Of a stretch of 64,000 nt of DNA, positions 9,395 to 17,585 are shown piece after piece. Both the position numbers and the translations under genes were made by a program. Every line of letters starts with the position of its first letter. Positions within the stretch are counted from its first letter, which is position 1. The notes under the pieces were generated by a model. The model was not told where the DNA came from. It saw nothing but the letters and a program-made list of their open reading frames with translations, and ran no database searches. The DNA comes from Lachnospiraceae bacterium (GTDB lineage: Bacteria > Bacillota > Clostridia > Lachnospirales > Lachnospiraceae): assembly GCA_017456585.1 (NCBI GenBank), contig JAFTJD010000065.1, positions 626 to 64,625 of the forward strand, written 5' to 3'.

Positions 9395-11368
9395 ATGAGT
9401 AAGATTACTATTGTTGATAACAAGCTTTTGTTCCAAATGCGCGACGAAACTGTTCTTGTAGAAAGCTACGGCAAGAACTGCCTTAGAGTCCGTGCCTCCA
9501 AGAACACGATTCTTTCTGATGAAAGCTGGACTTTGCTTCCCGCTACAGATGATGCTATACCTAATGCTTATACCGACGAAAAAGGACTTTACATTCTGGA
9601 GAACGGAAATATCACTGTCAAAGTAAGCAGGATATGGCAAAGCTACAAGCTTACCTTCTATAAGGATGGCAAAAAAATACTGCAAACTCGCGAAGAAGGT
9701 GATGCTCTCAGAAGATACAGACACACAGAAGGTAATCATTACACCATCAAGGCCCTGTTTGAGGCCAATCCCGGAGAACACATATATGGTTTAGGTCAGG
9801 AACAGTGTAGCTACTTTGACAAAAAGGGCTGTTCTTCAGACCTTATTCATTACAATACGAAATCCGCCATGCCGGTTATCTATTCATCACTGGGTTACGG
9901 CTTCTTCTGGAATAATCCCGGAACAGGGCGTTGTGAATTTACAAATAATCATACTTTATGGCTTGCTGACAGCGCATACCAGGCTGATTATCTTATATTT
10001 ACAGGCGATACTCCAGCTGACATTATGTACAAATATTGCACTCTTACAGGCTTTTCTCCGGACATGCCTAAATGGGCAGCCGGCTTCTGGCAATGTAAAC
10101 TAAGATATGAAAGTCAGGAGGATTTGATGGAAGTTGCCAGAGAATATAAGAAACGTGGTATTCCTATTGATGCGATAGTTATCGATTATTTTCACTGGAC
10201 AGAACAGGGAAACTGGGAATTCGAACCAAGCCTATGGCCTGACCCCGTAAAGATGTGTAAAGAGCTAGAAGACATGAATATACACCCTGTAGTTTCAATC
10301 TGGCCTACCATTAATCCTAACAGTAAGAACTATGCTACGATGAACGACGAAAATATGCTTGTACGCACAGAAAATGGCCAGTATGGTATCTTCGATTTCT
10401 ATGGTTTACAAACATTCATTGACCCCACTAATCCTGCAACGCGCGACTATGTATGGGAACAGATTAAAAAGACTTATTATTCTTATGGAATCAAGACATT
10501 CTGGCTTGATGAAGCCGAACCCGAAATTCATCCGCAGCAATTTGAAAACTTACGCTTCCATATCGGCAACGGTGCACAAACAGGTCTTCTATATCCATAT
10601 TATTATGCCAAAACCTTCTACGACGGTCTCAAAAGCGAAGGTGAGGAGGATATCATTTCTCTTACACGTGCATGCTATCCGGGCAGCCAGAAATATGCAG
10701 CAGTAGTTTGGAATGGTGACATTCCGTCAACCTTCGAAGCATTATTTCAGAGTATCGTATCCGGACTTTCAATGTCGATGTGCGGAATCCCATGGTGGAA
10801 TAGTGATATAGGTGGTTTCCATCAGGGAGATATTGAAAGTGATTACTTTAGAGAACTTATCGTCAGATGGTTCCAGTTTGGATTGTTCAGCCCTGTAATG
10901 AGACTTCACGGAGCAAGAAAAAGGATGAGTAATCAGATTGACCGTCATCCGGGTGTAAAGGAACGAAGCGGCGGTGATAATGAAATCTGGTCATTTGGTG
11001 AACACAACTATCCTATCCTCAAAGATTTGATACTTCTTCGTGACAGACTCCGTCCATACATACTTAAGCATACGAAGCTTGCTTCCACGACCGGTGCTCC
11101 TATCATGCGTCCGATGTTCTTCGACTTCCACGAAGATGAAATATGCTATACCCTTGACGACCAGTACATGTTCGGAGAAGATATTTTATTTGCTCCTATT
11201 TATGAGCGAGGCATAATTGAAAGAAAAGTCTATCTTCCAAAAGGAACTTGGGTAAGAACTACCGACCACAAGGAATACGAAGGAGGACAGTTTGTAACAT
11301 GTCACGCCGAAATTGATGAATTTATTGCATTTGTAAAGAGCGGTGCAGAAGTGCTTAGCGTATTCTAG
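9395..11368 (+). CDS. glycoside hydrolase family 31 (alpha-xylosidase/alpha-glucosidase type)
   Basis: 657 aa with IDAIVIDYFHW, FWLDEAEPE, WNGDI, WWNSDIGGF, FSPVMRLHG. Confidence 0.85.
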   Translation: MSKITIVDNKLLFQMRDETVLVESYGKNCLRVRASKNTILSDESWTLLPATDDAIPNAYTDEKGLYILENGNITVKVSRIWQSYKLTFYKDGKKILQTREEGDALRRYRHTEGNHYTIKALFEANPGEHIYGLGQEQCSYFDKKGCSSDLIHYNTKSAMPVIYSSLGYGFFWNNPGTGRCEFTNNHTLWLADSAYQADYLIFTGDTPADIMYKYCTLTGFSPDMPKWAAGFWQCKLRYESQEDLMEVAREYKKRGIPIDAIVIDYFHWTEQGNWEFEPSLWPDPVKMCKELEDMNIHPVVSIWPTINPNSKNYATMNDENMLVRTENGQYGIFDFYGLQTFIDPTNPATRDYVWEQIKKTYYSYGIKTFWLDEAEPEIHPQQFENLRFHIGNGAQTGLLYPYYYAKTFYDGLKSEGEEDIISLTRACYPGSQKYAAVVWNGDIPSTFEALFQSIVSGLSMSMCGIPWWNSDIGGFHQGDIESDYFRELIVRWFQFGLFSPVMRLHGARKRMSNQIDRHPGVKERSGGDNEIWSFGEHNYPILKDLILLRDRLRPYILKHTKLASTTGAPIMRPMFFDFHEDEICYTLDDQYMFGEDILFAPIYERGIIERKVYLPKGTWVRTTDHKEYEGGQFVTCHAEIDEFIAFVKSGAEVLSVF

Positions 11369-11447
11369 ATAAATACTTACGTTATTGCATTTTTTAATAA
11401 GTCCAACTGTGCTGAAACAAACTTCATCACATCTGTATATGTAAAAT

Positions 11448-11478
11448 ATGGCTATCACAATTAAAATGTGATAGCCAT
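11448..11478. terminator. hairpin between convergent GH31 and tyrA
   Basis: Perfect 12-nt inverted repeat atggctatcaca / tgtgatagccat with a 7-nt loop. Confidence 0.55.
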
Positions 11479-11619
11479 TATACTTTATAATCTTCTGTTT
11501 TCTGTTCTCCAATTTAGATAAACCATAAATACAAGACACATCATAATCTGAAATACCGATGAAGCCGGTGTTCCAAGTCCTATATGGAATAGACAAGAAA
11601 TAGCTCGTCTTATCACAGC

Positions 11620-12453
11620 TTAACCATCCACTTCTTCCTTACACTTCTTGCCTTCATAAAGAAGCTCCTTAAGAGTATCGGCATCTTCGTTTTTAAGTGC
11701 GTTTCTATATTTTACAAGCTCACTGATAAAAGTATCAAGTTCATATAAGAGATTATCTTTATTTTCCAAAAAAAGCTCTGTCCACATTGATTCGTTAAGC
11801 CATGCAACTCTTGTAAGATCCCTATAGCTTCCTGCCGAGAATCCCACATGTTCTTTGGCTGTAGGGCTCTTAATGAATGCATTGGATACAAGATGTGCCA
11901 TCTGCGAAGTAAAAGCTATCATCTTATCATGCTTGTCAGCTGTCGTAACGGTTACATTATTGAAGCCCGCCGGAGCAAGAAGCTCCTTAACACGTGACAA
12001 AAAGTTAATGTCATCGAAAGACTTCGGAACAAGAACCATGGTTGCTTTCTTAAACATATCGCGGTTACTGTATTTGTAGCCTGAGTAATGAAGACCTGCC
12101 ATCGGATGTCCACCGACAAATGTAAAGCCATATTGCTCTGATATCTCAAATCCGGCTTTACATACCTCTTCTTTGGTACCACAGCAGTCAATTACTATAG
12201 TTGACTTACTGATATGTGGTGCCATTTTTCTAAGATATTCGATTGAAAGTCTTGGGTAAAGTGCTATGAATACTAAGTCACAGTCCTTTATCGTTGTCTC
12301 GTTAAGCTCGTCTTTCATATCCTCTGCAAGAATTGCCAGCTTAACAATCTTCGTATCAATATCATAACCGTAAACTTCCCAGTCCTTGTGTTCATTGTAT
12401 GCCTTTATAAGTGAGCCTCCAATAAGACCCATACCTACTACTCCGACCTTCAT
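11620..12453 (-). CDS. tyrA: prephenate dehydrogenase
   Basis: 277 aa with VGVVGMGLIGGS NAD motif and GGHPMAG. Its start abuts the aroF stop. Confidence 0.85.
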   Translation of the reverse strand: MKVGVVGMGLIGGSLIKAYNEHKDWEVYGYDIDTKIVKLAILAEDMKDELNETTIKDCDLVFIALYPRLSIEYLRKMAPHISKSTIVIDCCGTKEEVCKAGFEISEQYGFTFVGGHPMAGLHYSGYKYSNRDMFKKATMVLVPKSFDDINFLSRVKELLAPAGFNNVTVTTADKHDKMIAFTSQMAHLVSNAFIKSPTAKEHVGFSAGSYRDLTRVAWLNESMWTELFLENKDNLLYELDTFISELVKYRNALKNEDADTLKELLYEGKKCKEEVDG

Positions 12454-13454
12454 TATCTTACTGCCTCCAATACCTTATTTACTCTGCGTACCACGTGGTC
12501 AAACTGCTCAGGTGTAAGTGACTGTGGTCCGTCGCAGAGTGCCTTCTGTGGATTGTTGTGTACTTCAATCATAAGTCCGTCAGCTCCTGCCGCAGCTGCC
12601 GCAAGTGCCATAGGCTCAACAAGTGCAGCCACACCCGTTGCATGACTTGGGTCAACTACGATTGGAAGATGGGTAAGACTTCTAAGCATCGGAATTGCTG
12701 ACAAATCAAGCGTATTTCTTGTATATGTTTCAAATGTACGAATTCCCCTTTCACAAAGAATTATGTTCTCATTACCACCTGCCATAATATATTCAGCACT
12801 CATAAGCCAGTCCTTCATGGTATTTGCAAGACCCCTCTTTAAGAGAATCGTCTTATTAGTCTTACCAAGTTCCTTAAGAAGTTCAAAGTTCTGCATATTT
12901 CTTGCGCCGACCTGAATCACATCTACATCTTCAAAAAGTGGTAAATGGTTAGCGTTCATAATCTCAGTTACAATCGGAAGCCCGGTAGCCTTCTTCGCTT
13001 CAAGAAGAAGTTCAAGACCTTCTCCCTTCATCCCCTGGAAATCATATGGTGAAGTACGTGGCTTAAACGCACCGCCTCTAAGCATAGTGGCACCGGATTT
13101 TTTTACATCATTTGCTACTTCTATGATCTGCTCTCTTGACTCTATTGAACATGGACCTGCAATAATAGCAAAGTTGCCACCACCAACCTTTGTTCCTCCA
13201 ACTTCTATAATTGTGTTATCCGGATGGAACTTTCTGTTTGCATTCTTAAACGGTTCGCTGATTCTCTTTACTGTCTCTACGATAGATAATGCTGATACCA
13301 AATCTTCATCAATCTTGCTTGTATCTCCAACAAGACCAAGTACTGTCTGATATTCACCTTCAGATACGTGTACCTTTACTCCCTGCTCCTCAAACCATTC
13401 GATAAGTTTTGCTCTCTGTTCAGTTGTTACTCCACTCTTTAATACTGTAATCAT
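12453..13454 (-). CDS. aroF: 3-deoxy-7-phosphoheptulonate (DAHP) synthase, type I-beta with N-terminal regulatory domain
   Basis: 333 aa with an ~90-aa ferredoxin/ACT-like N-domain, then KPRTSPYDFQG, VTEIM, VGARNMQN, and DPSH of KDO8PS-like DAHP synthases. AGGAGG RBS. Confidence 0.9.
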   Translation of the reverse strand: MITVLKSGVTTEQRAKLIEWFEEQGVKVHVSEGEYQTVLGLVGDTSKIDEDLVSALSIVETVKRISEPFKNANRKFHPDNTIIEVGGTKVGGGNFAIIAGPCSIESREQIIEVANDVKKSGATMLRGGAFKPRTSPYDFQGMKGEGLELLLEAKKATGLPIVTEIMNANHLPLFEDVDVIQVGARNMQNFELLKELGKTNKTILLKRGLANTMKDWLMSAEYIMAGGNENIILCERGIRTFETYTRNTLDLSAIPMLRSLTHLPIVVDPSHATGVAALVEPMALAAAAAGADGLMIEVHNNPQKALCDGPQSLTPEQFDHVVRRVNKVLEAVR

Positions 13455-13490
13455 GATATGCCTCCTGCTTATTATATTCTAAATGTATTG

Positions 13491-13667
13491 CTCGAAGCAA
13501 AGCTTCTCGCTGATTAGCATTCGCCAAATACGACACCTCGAAGCAAAGCTTCTCGTTGATCAGCATTCGCCAAATACGACACCTCGAAGCAAAGCTTCTC
13601 GTTGATCAGCATTCGCCAAATACGACACCTCGAAGCAAAGCTTCTCGTTGATCAGCATTCGCCAAAT
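13491..13667. repeat. 46-bp tandem repeat, about 3.8 copies
   Basis: Unit ctcgaagcaaagcttctcgttgatcagcattcgccaaatacgacac starts at 13491, 13537, 13583 and 13629. Copies 2 and 3 are identical, copy 1 has 2 mismatches, and copy 4 is truncated after gccaaat. Confidence 0.95.
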
Positions 13668-13777
13668 GAAATCGCATGCGCGATTTCATTTCGCATACTC
13701 ATGTTCATCGGTCATCTGTAAGCAAGCTTACATGACCGACAAATATGAGTATGCTTCGAAACCGCTCTGCGGTTTCG
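13664..13777. repeat. cluster of three consecutive palindromic hairpins
   Basis: H1 13664-13691 (12-bp perfect stem). H2 13693-13754 (nested arms gcatactcat / tcggtcat / tgtaagc). H3 13757-13777 (cgaaaccgc / gcggtttcg). Confidence 0.9.
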
Positions 13778-13789
13778 CTTGGCTCATTG

Positions 13790-13828
13790 CCATAACAAAA
13801 AGCCGATATCTGCTACCAGATATCGGCT
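13790..13828 (-). terminator. intrinsic terminator (candidate attenuator terminator)
   Basis: On the minus strand: AGCCGAUAUCUG-GUAG-CAGAUAUCGGCU, a perfect 12-bp stem, followed by UUUUGUUAU. Confidence 0.8.
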
Positions 13829-13859
13829 CAATAACTTCATCAACAAAACATGCAAAGTA

Positions 13860-14003
13860 TCAATCAGACGATTCTTGGTAGCACAATAAATCAACGCTAT
13901 AATAATAATAGCCCTGATAAGATACGTATGAATATTCAACTGACATATTCTTTATCTGCTGTTCTACCATATCCTTGATCCTTTCATTTTCTGCTAAATT
14001 CAT
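13860..14003 (-). CDS. candidate Tyr-rich leader peptide (47 aa; 36 aa from the internal ATG at 13970)
   Basis: Hand-translated; below the track cutoff: MNLAENERIKDMVEQQIKNMSVEYSYVSYQGYYYYSVDLLCYQESSD. The ATG at 13970 has AAAGGA 8 nt upstream. The first ATG lies only ~6 nt from the predicted TSS. Confidence 0.45.
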   Translation of the reverse strand: MNLAENERIKDMVEQQIKNMSVEYSYVSYQGYYYYSVDLLCYQESSD

Positions 14004-14015
14004 TTTTATTTTTTA

Positions 14016-14044
14016 GTTATAACTCTTTTTATAGGCAATGTCAA
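14016..14044 (-). promoter_or_regulatory. sigma-A-type promoter TTGACA-17-TATAAC
   Basis: -35 at 14044-14039, -10 at 14021-14016, 17-nt spacer. Immediately upstream of the Tyr-rich ORF. Confidence 0.55.
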
Positions 14045-14091
14045 GAACATTTTCCTCAAAAATATACATTAAACATGCATATTTCCGCATA

Positions 14092-15417
14092 TTAATTAAT
14101 ATAAAATGCTCGTACACCATGTTTATTTACGCTTGCATTAATTTTACCTGCTGCGAACTGTGCTTCTTCCTTGCTCCAAATATCAAACCCGGTAAGTACC
14201 TTTTCTTTTAATACTTCGTTCTCCTTAACAAGGTCTTTTTCTTCCAAATCATCAAGGGCAATTTCCAAATCCATATCTTCATCAGACAAATTAAATAATG
14301 CAACACATATCTTTCCTGTCTCAGAATTCTTATTCTTCCATACCGCAAATCTATTAGTTCTTACGAGCTGTGTTCCCTTACACTTTTCACCCATAAGCCC
14401 AAGCATATCTTTATTAGTAAGTAAGGATAATGTAAAATCATCTAGCTTTGTAAGTTCTGCGCCAACCATAAGCGGCGAACGGAACATACACCACAAGGTC
14501 ATCATAGTCATTTGCTCGTCCTTAGTAAAATTAGTAGGACGCTCTTTGCCAAAACCTCTGCCTAGTTTACCTACCGGAAGCATATCGCAATCCGGATAGC
14601 AACCTTTTTTTACATGGTCCTGCCACATTTCACAACGCCAGAACATATTCTTTAACAAATCCCAATTATCCCAGAAATCATCCGTAATTCTCCACATATT
14701 GGCATTATCACAGTATTTCCATGCCCTATCAATATGTGCAGGTCCCGGAGAAAGACTAAGCACAATATTTCGTCCTGTTTTCATGATTGCTTTATGTAAC
14801 ATTTCTGTTTCAAACCAACCATTAAATCCGTCATGTCTGTACATCCAGCTGTCGCATATATCATCACACTTTATAAAGTCTACACCCCAATCAGCATACA
14901 TGGATATAATAGAATCATAATATGCCTGACCTGCCTGATTATTCCTTACTCCGTACATATCGGGATTCCATCCGCAAATTGAAGATGGGTCTGCTATCAT
15001 ATCTGCTGTCCAGTCTGTTCCCATCACCTTACAATGCTGTTCTGCAGCCTTACGAGGAATACCTCTCATTATATGAATACCGAATTTAAGACCTAAGCTA
15101 TGCACATAATCAGCAAGTGGCTTAAATCCCTGTCCATCTACGGAAGACGGAAATCTAACCGGACTTGGAATAAATCTTCCCCACTCATCCATAGCCGTGT
15201 CTCCAAACGGAATATATTGATGCTTATCTCTCTGAGTGCCGGCATCATTAGAATACCACTCTATATCCACAACCACATATTCCCAACCATATTCCTTAAG
15301 GTTCTCTGCCATATAATCCGCATTAGCCCTAACCTCAGCCTCTGTAACCGTAGTATCATAGTAATCATAACTGTTCCATCCCATAGGTGGTGTTACCGCA
15401 AAATCATTCTTACTCAT
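14092..15417 (-). CDS. glycoside hydrolase family 27 (alpha-galactosidase-like)
   Basis: 441 aa with PPMGWNSYDYY and DFIKCDD (GH27 nucleophile region). Confidence 0.8.
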   Translation of the reverse strand: MSKNDFAVTPPMGWNSYDYYDTTVTEAEVRANADYMAENLKEYGWEYVVVDIEWYSNDAGTQRDKHQYIPFGDTAMDEWGRFIPSPVRFPSSVDGQGFKPLADYVHSLGLKFGIHIMRGIPRKAAEQHCKVMGTDWTADMIADPSSICGWNPDMYGVRNNQAGQAYYDSIISMYADWGVDFIKCDDICDSWMYRHDGFNGWFETEMLHKAIMKTGRNIVLSLSPGPAHIDRAWKYCDNANMWRITDDFWDNWDLLKNMFWRCEMWQDHVKKGCYPDCDMLPVGKLGRGFGKERPTNFTKDEQMTMMTLWCMFRSPLMVGAELTKLDDFTLSLLTNKDMLGLMGEKCKGTQLVRTNRFAVWKNKNSETGKICVALFNLSDEDMDLEIALDDLEEKDLVKENEVLKEKVLTGFDIWSKEEAQFAAGKINASVNKHGVRAFYIN

Positions 15418-15544
15418 AATCGTCCTCCATTCTTATACATATGATATCTGTTGCATATACAAAGTATTTTTTTGATATTATTGCTTTTTCACTTTATTTA
15501 ATTATAATACTAAATATAGGCATTTCAAAGAATAGATATTTGAC

Positions 15545-16402
15545 ATGGAGGGTAAATTTTTGATTAATTATACTTATGGCAATTATGGTTTTATCAAGCA
15601 TGAACGCATGCAAAATCAACCTCTTTTTTTGATAGATGCGGGAATAGAACATCGTGACAATACGCAGTACTATTATGATAATAACAATCGTTCAGCCTTT
15701 AATGGATACTTAATTCAATATACTCTTAGCGGAAATGGAGTTTTTGTAAAAAATAATGAACGCTATTCTTTAAAACAGGGCGACGCCTTTTTTGTTAAAA
15801 TCCCCGAAAACAGCTGTTACTATTTCGACAGTTCAACAGCTTCTGATTGGGACTTTTTTTACCTTCATTTTGATGGTGATAGTGCCTTACCCTTTTATGA
15901 AACAATAGTCAAACTTACAAATGGCGTTTTTCATATTGGTACCGACAAGGCTCCCCTTCATCTTTTTTTCAGTTTTATAGATAATTATGTGCGTAAAGGT
16001 TTTTTGGAATTATATGAAGGCGGAGAATTCGTATATCGCTTTCTCTCCGGTATACTTCGCGAAATTGAAGCTCCATCAGAAAACACCTCCTCTCAGATAC
16101 TCGCTGCAACCAGATTCATGCGTGATAATTTTGCAAGCATTGGCTCCATATCAGAGGTAGCTGATATTTGTAACATATCTACCGAACATTTTTGTCGTTG
16201 CTTCAAAAAAGAAAAAGGACATTCTCCATTGCAATTTTTAAACAAATTGCGAATAGAACATGCCCTATTTTTGCTATTAAATACCACAAGCAGTATCGAA
16301 GAAATCGCTACTGCCTGTGGATTCATGAATGGCAATTACTTTGCTAAAGTATTTAAAAAATATATGTTATGCACTCCCGGGGAATATCGAATCCGTAGTT
16401 AA
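15545..16402 (+). CDS. AraC-family transcriptional regulator
   Basis: C-terminal AraC HTH (ISEVADICNISTEHFCRCF ... IEEIATACGFMNGNYFAKVF). Divergent from the GH27 gene. Confidence 0.85.
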   Translation: MEGKFLINYTYGNYGFIKHERMQNQPLFLIDAGIEHRDNTQYYYDNNNRSAFNGYLIQYTLSGNGVFVKNNERYSLKQGDAFFVKIPENSCYYFDSSTASDWDFFYLHFDGDSALPFYETIVKLTNGVFHIGTDKAPLHLFFSFIDNYVRKGFLELYEGGEFVYRFLSGILREIEAPSENTSSQILAATRFMRDNFASIGSISEVADICNISTEHFCRCFKKEKGHSPLQFLNKLRIEHALFLLLNTTSSIEEIATACGFMNGNYFAKVFKKYMLCTPGEYRIRS

Positions 16403-16413
16403 TTACATACTAC

Positions 16414-17559
16414 TTATTTCATCTTAAATACATGCACATCCGATGCAAGATTAACCACGTTATAAAGTACAAGCATATCTGTAACACCATACTGTTCAAT
16501 AAACATCTCTGCATTGAACATATTGTAATATCTAAGATCAAGCATGATTATTCTTTCGTAATGGTTAGCTGCAAAAGGAACAAAAGAATGTCCAAAAGAG
16601 TCCTTAAGAACAAGCAATGTCTTGCCATTCTTAACATTAGTTTCAACATCAACAATCGCATAATTACCGCCCATATACACGGTATATTTATCCTTACCTT
16701 TAAGACCATCATAATGATACAAAGAATCTCTGACATCATCTGTCATATTATAGGTAAGTTTATATTCCATATCGTCTTTGAGATGGTAAAGTGCCATACT
16801 ATCCGGTTCTATATTAACATTCACCTTAGAATCCAATGTTCCAAGGAATTCTTCCGTAGCAATCTCTACATCAAAATCAGAAAGCTCATAAGGAGTAAGC
16901 CCTGTACTCTTACACCACTCAACATATGTGTAATACGCACCGAGTGTTGTCCAGTGATGATCAGTTTTATAATAAATGTATTCATCCGTATGGTCTTTAA
17001 GTGCCTCGTACGCATTATAGACATATCCATCCGGAACCATTTCATTAATCTTATTAACCCATGTATTCTGGTCATATGGTGTCGCGAACAACGGAAGCTT
17101 ATCCTTAAGTACTTCTGATGCAGTAGGAACTAAAATCGCCTGAAAATGCTCAGGGCCGAACTTCTCAGCATATTTGTTTACAAAATTTGTAAATACATTA
17201 ACATTCGACTTTGCCTGATCTGACTCAAACTTAGTTGCATCATGCTTCTCCATAAGATAATCATCGTCACAGAAATATACTCCGTTAATGTCTTTTCTAA
17301 GTGTCATAAGCTCAACTCTTGTCTTACAACCAATCCATGAATCCCTGAATACAAACTGATCTGTAACAAAAGACTCATAATCACTAGTGTAACTTCCGTC
17401 AAATAAAGCTTCGAAAGAAAATGTCGGCTTCTGTGCAAGATAACGGTTTTCATTTTCAGAAAAGAGAACCGTTTTTTTTATGAGACTTAATATGGTAAGT
17501 CCAAATATCAATGTCAAAAATATTGCAGTAATTAATATGTCTTTAATATTTTTCTTCAT
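16414..17559 (-). CDS. DHHW-family protein (AlgJ/AlgX/PatB-like SGNH O-acyltransferase partner)
   Basis: 381 aa with an N-terminal membrane anchor and the signature YYKTDHHWT. Immediately downstream of the MBOAT gene. Confidence 0.8.
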   Translation of the reverse strand: MKKNIKDILITAIFLTLIFGLTILSLIKKTVLFSENENRYLAQKPTFSFEALFDGSYTSDYESFVTDQFVFRDSWIGCKTRVELMTLRKDINGVYFCDDDYLMEKHDATKFESDQAKSNVNVFTNFVNKYAEKFGPEHFQAILVPTASEVLKDKLPLFATPYDQNTWVNKINEMVPDGYVYNAYEALKDHTDEYIYYKTDHHWTTLGAYYTYVEWCKSTGLTPYELSDFDVEIATEEFLGTLDSKVNVNIEPDSMALYHLKDDMEYKLTYNMTDDVRDSLYHYDGLKGKDKYTVYMGGNYAIVDVETNVKNGKTLLVLKDSFGHSFVPFAANHYERIIMLDLRYYNMFNAEMFIEQYGVTDMLVLYNVVNLASDVHVFKMK

Positions 17560-17585
17560 TTTTCCTCCTATACAAACCTAACCGT

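Noticed and set aside
11186-11596. 136-aa minus-strand ORF spanning the GH31 3' end and the intergenic hairpin
   Set aside because: It overlaps the GH31 coding end and runs through the terminator palindrome. No RBS or motif.
13491-13667. Regularly spaced 46-bp repeats considered as a CRISPR array
   Set aside because: The units are directly head-to-tail with no unique spacers, there are no cas genes in the window, and the repeat count is under 4. It is a tandem repeat.
13648-13881. Track ORF of 77 aa on the plus strand
   Set aside because: It lies entirely within the palindrome cluster and terminator, antisense to the operon direction, with no RBS. Its frame is an artefact of the hairpins.
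13455-14091. Searched the aroF leader for a T-box (GGUGGUACC-type motif) or other known riboswitch
   Set aside because: No GGTACC/T-box sequence on either strand, and no recognisable riboswitch core. The region is instead explained by the leader ORF, terminator and repeat elements.
16432-17118. Long antisense ORF (228 aa) opposite the DHHW gene. Similar cases: 6065-6736, 28121-28645, 28972-29556, 39325-39849, 51875-52420, 58588-59130.
   Set aside because: All overlap well-supported genes with clear family motifs. Their translations are low-complexity (I/K/F/C/H-rich) with no motifs, typical of open antisense frames in AT-rich genomes.
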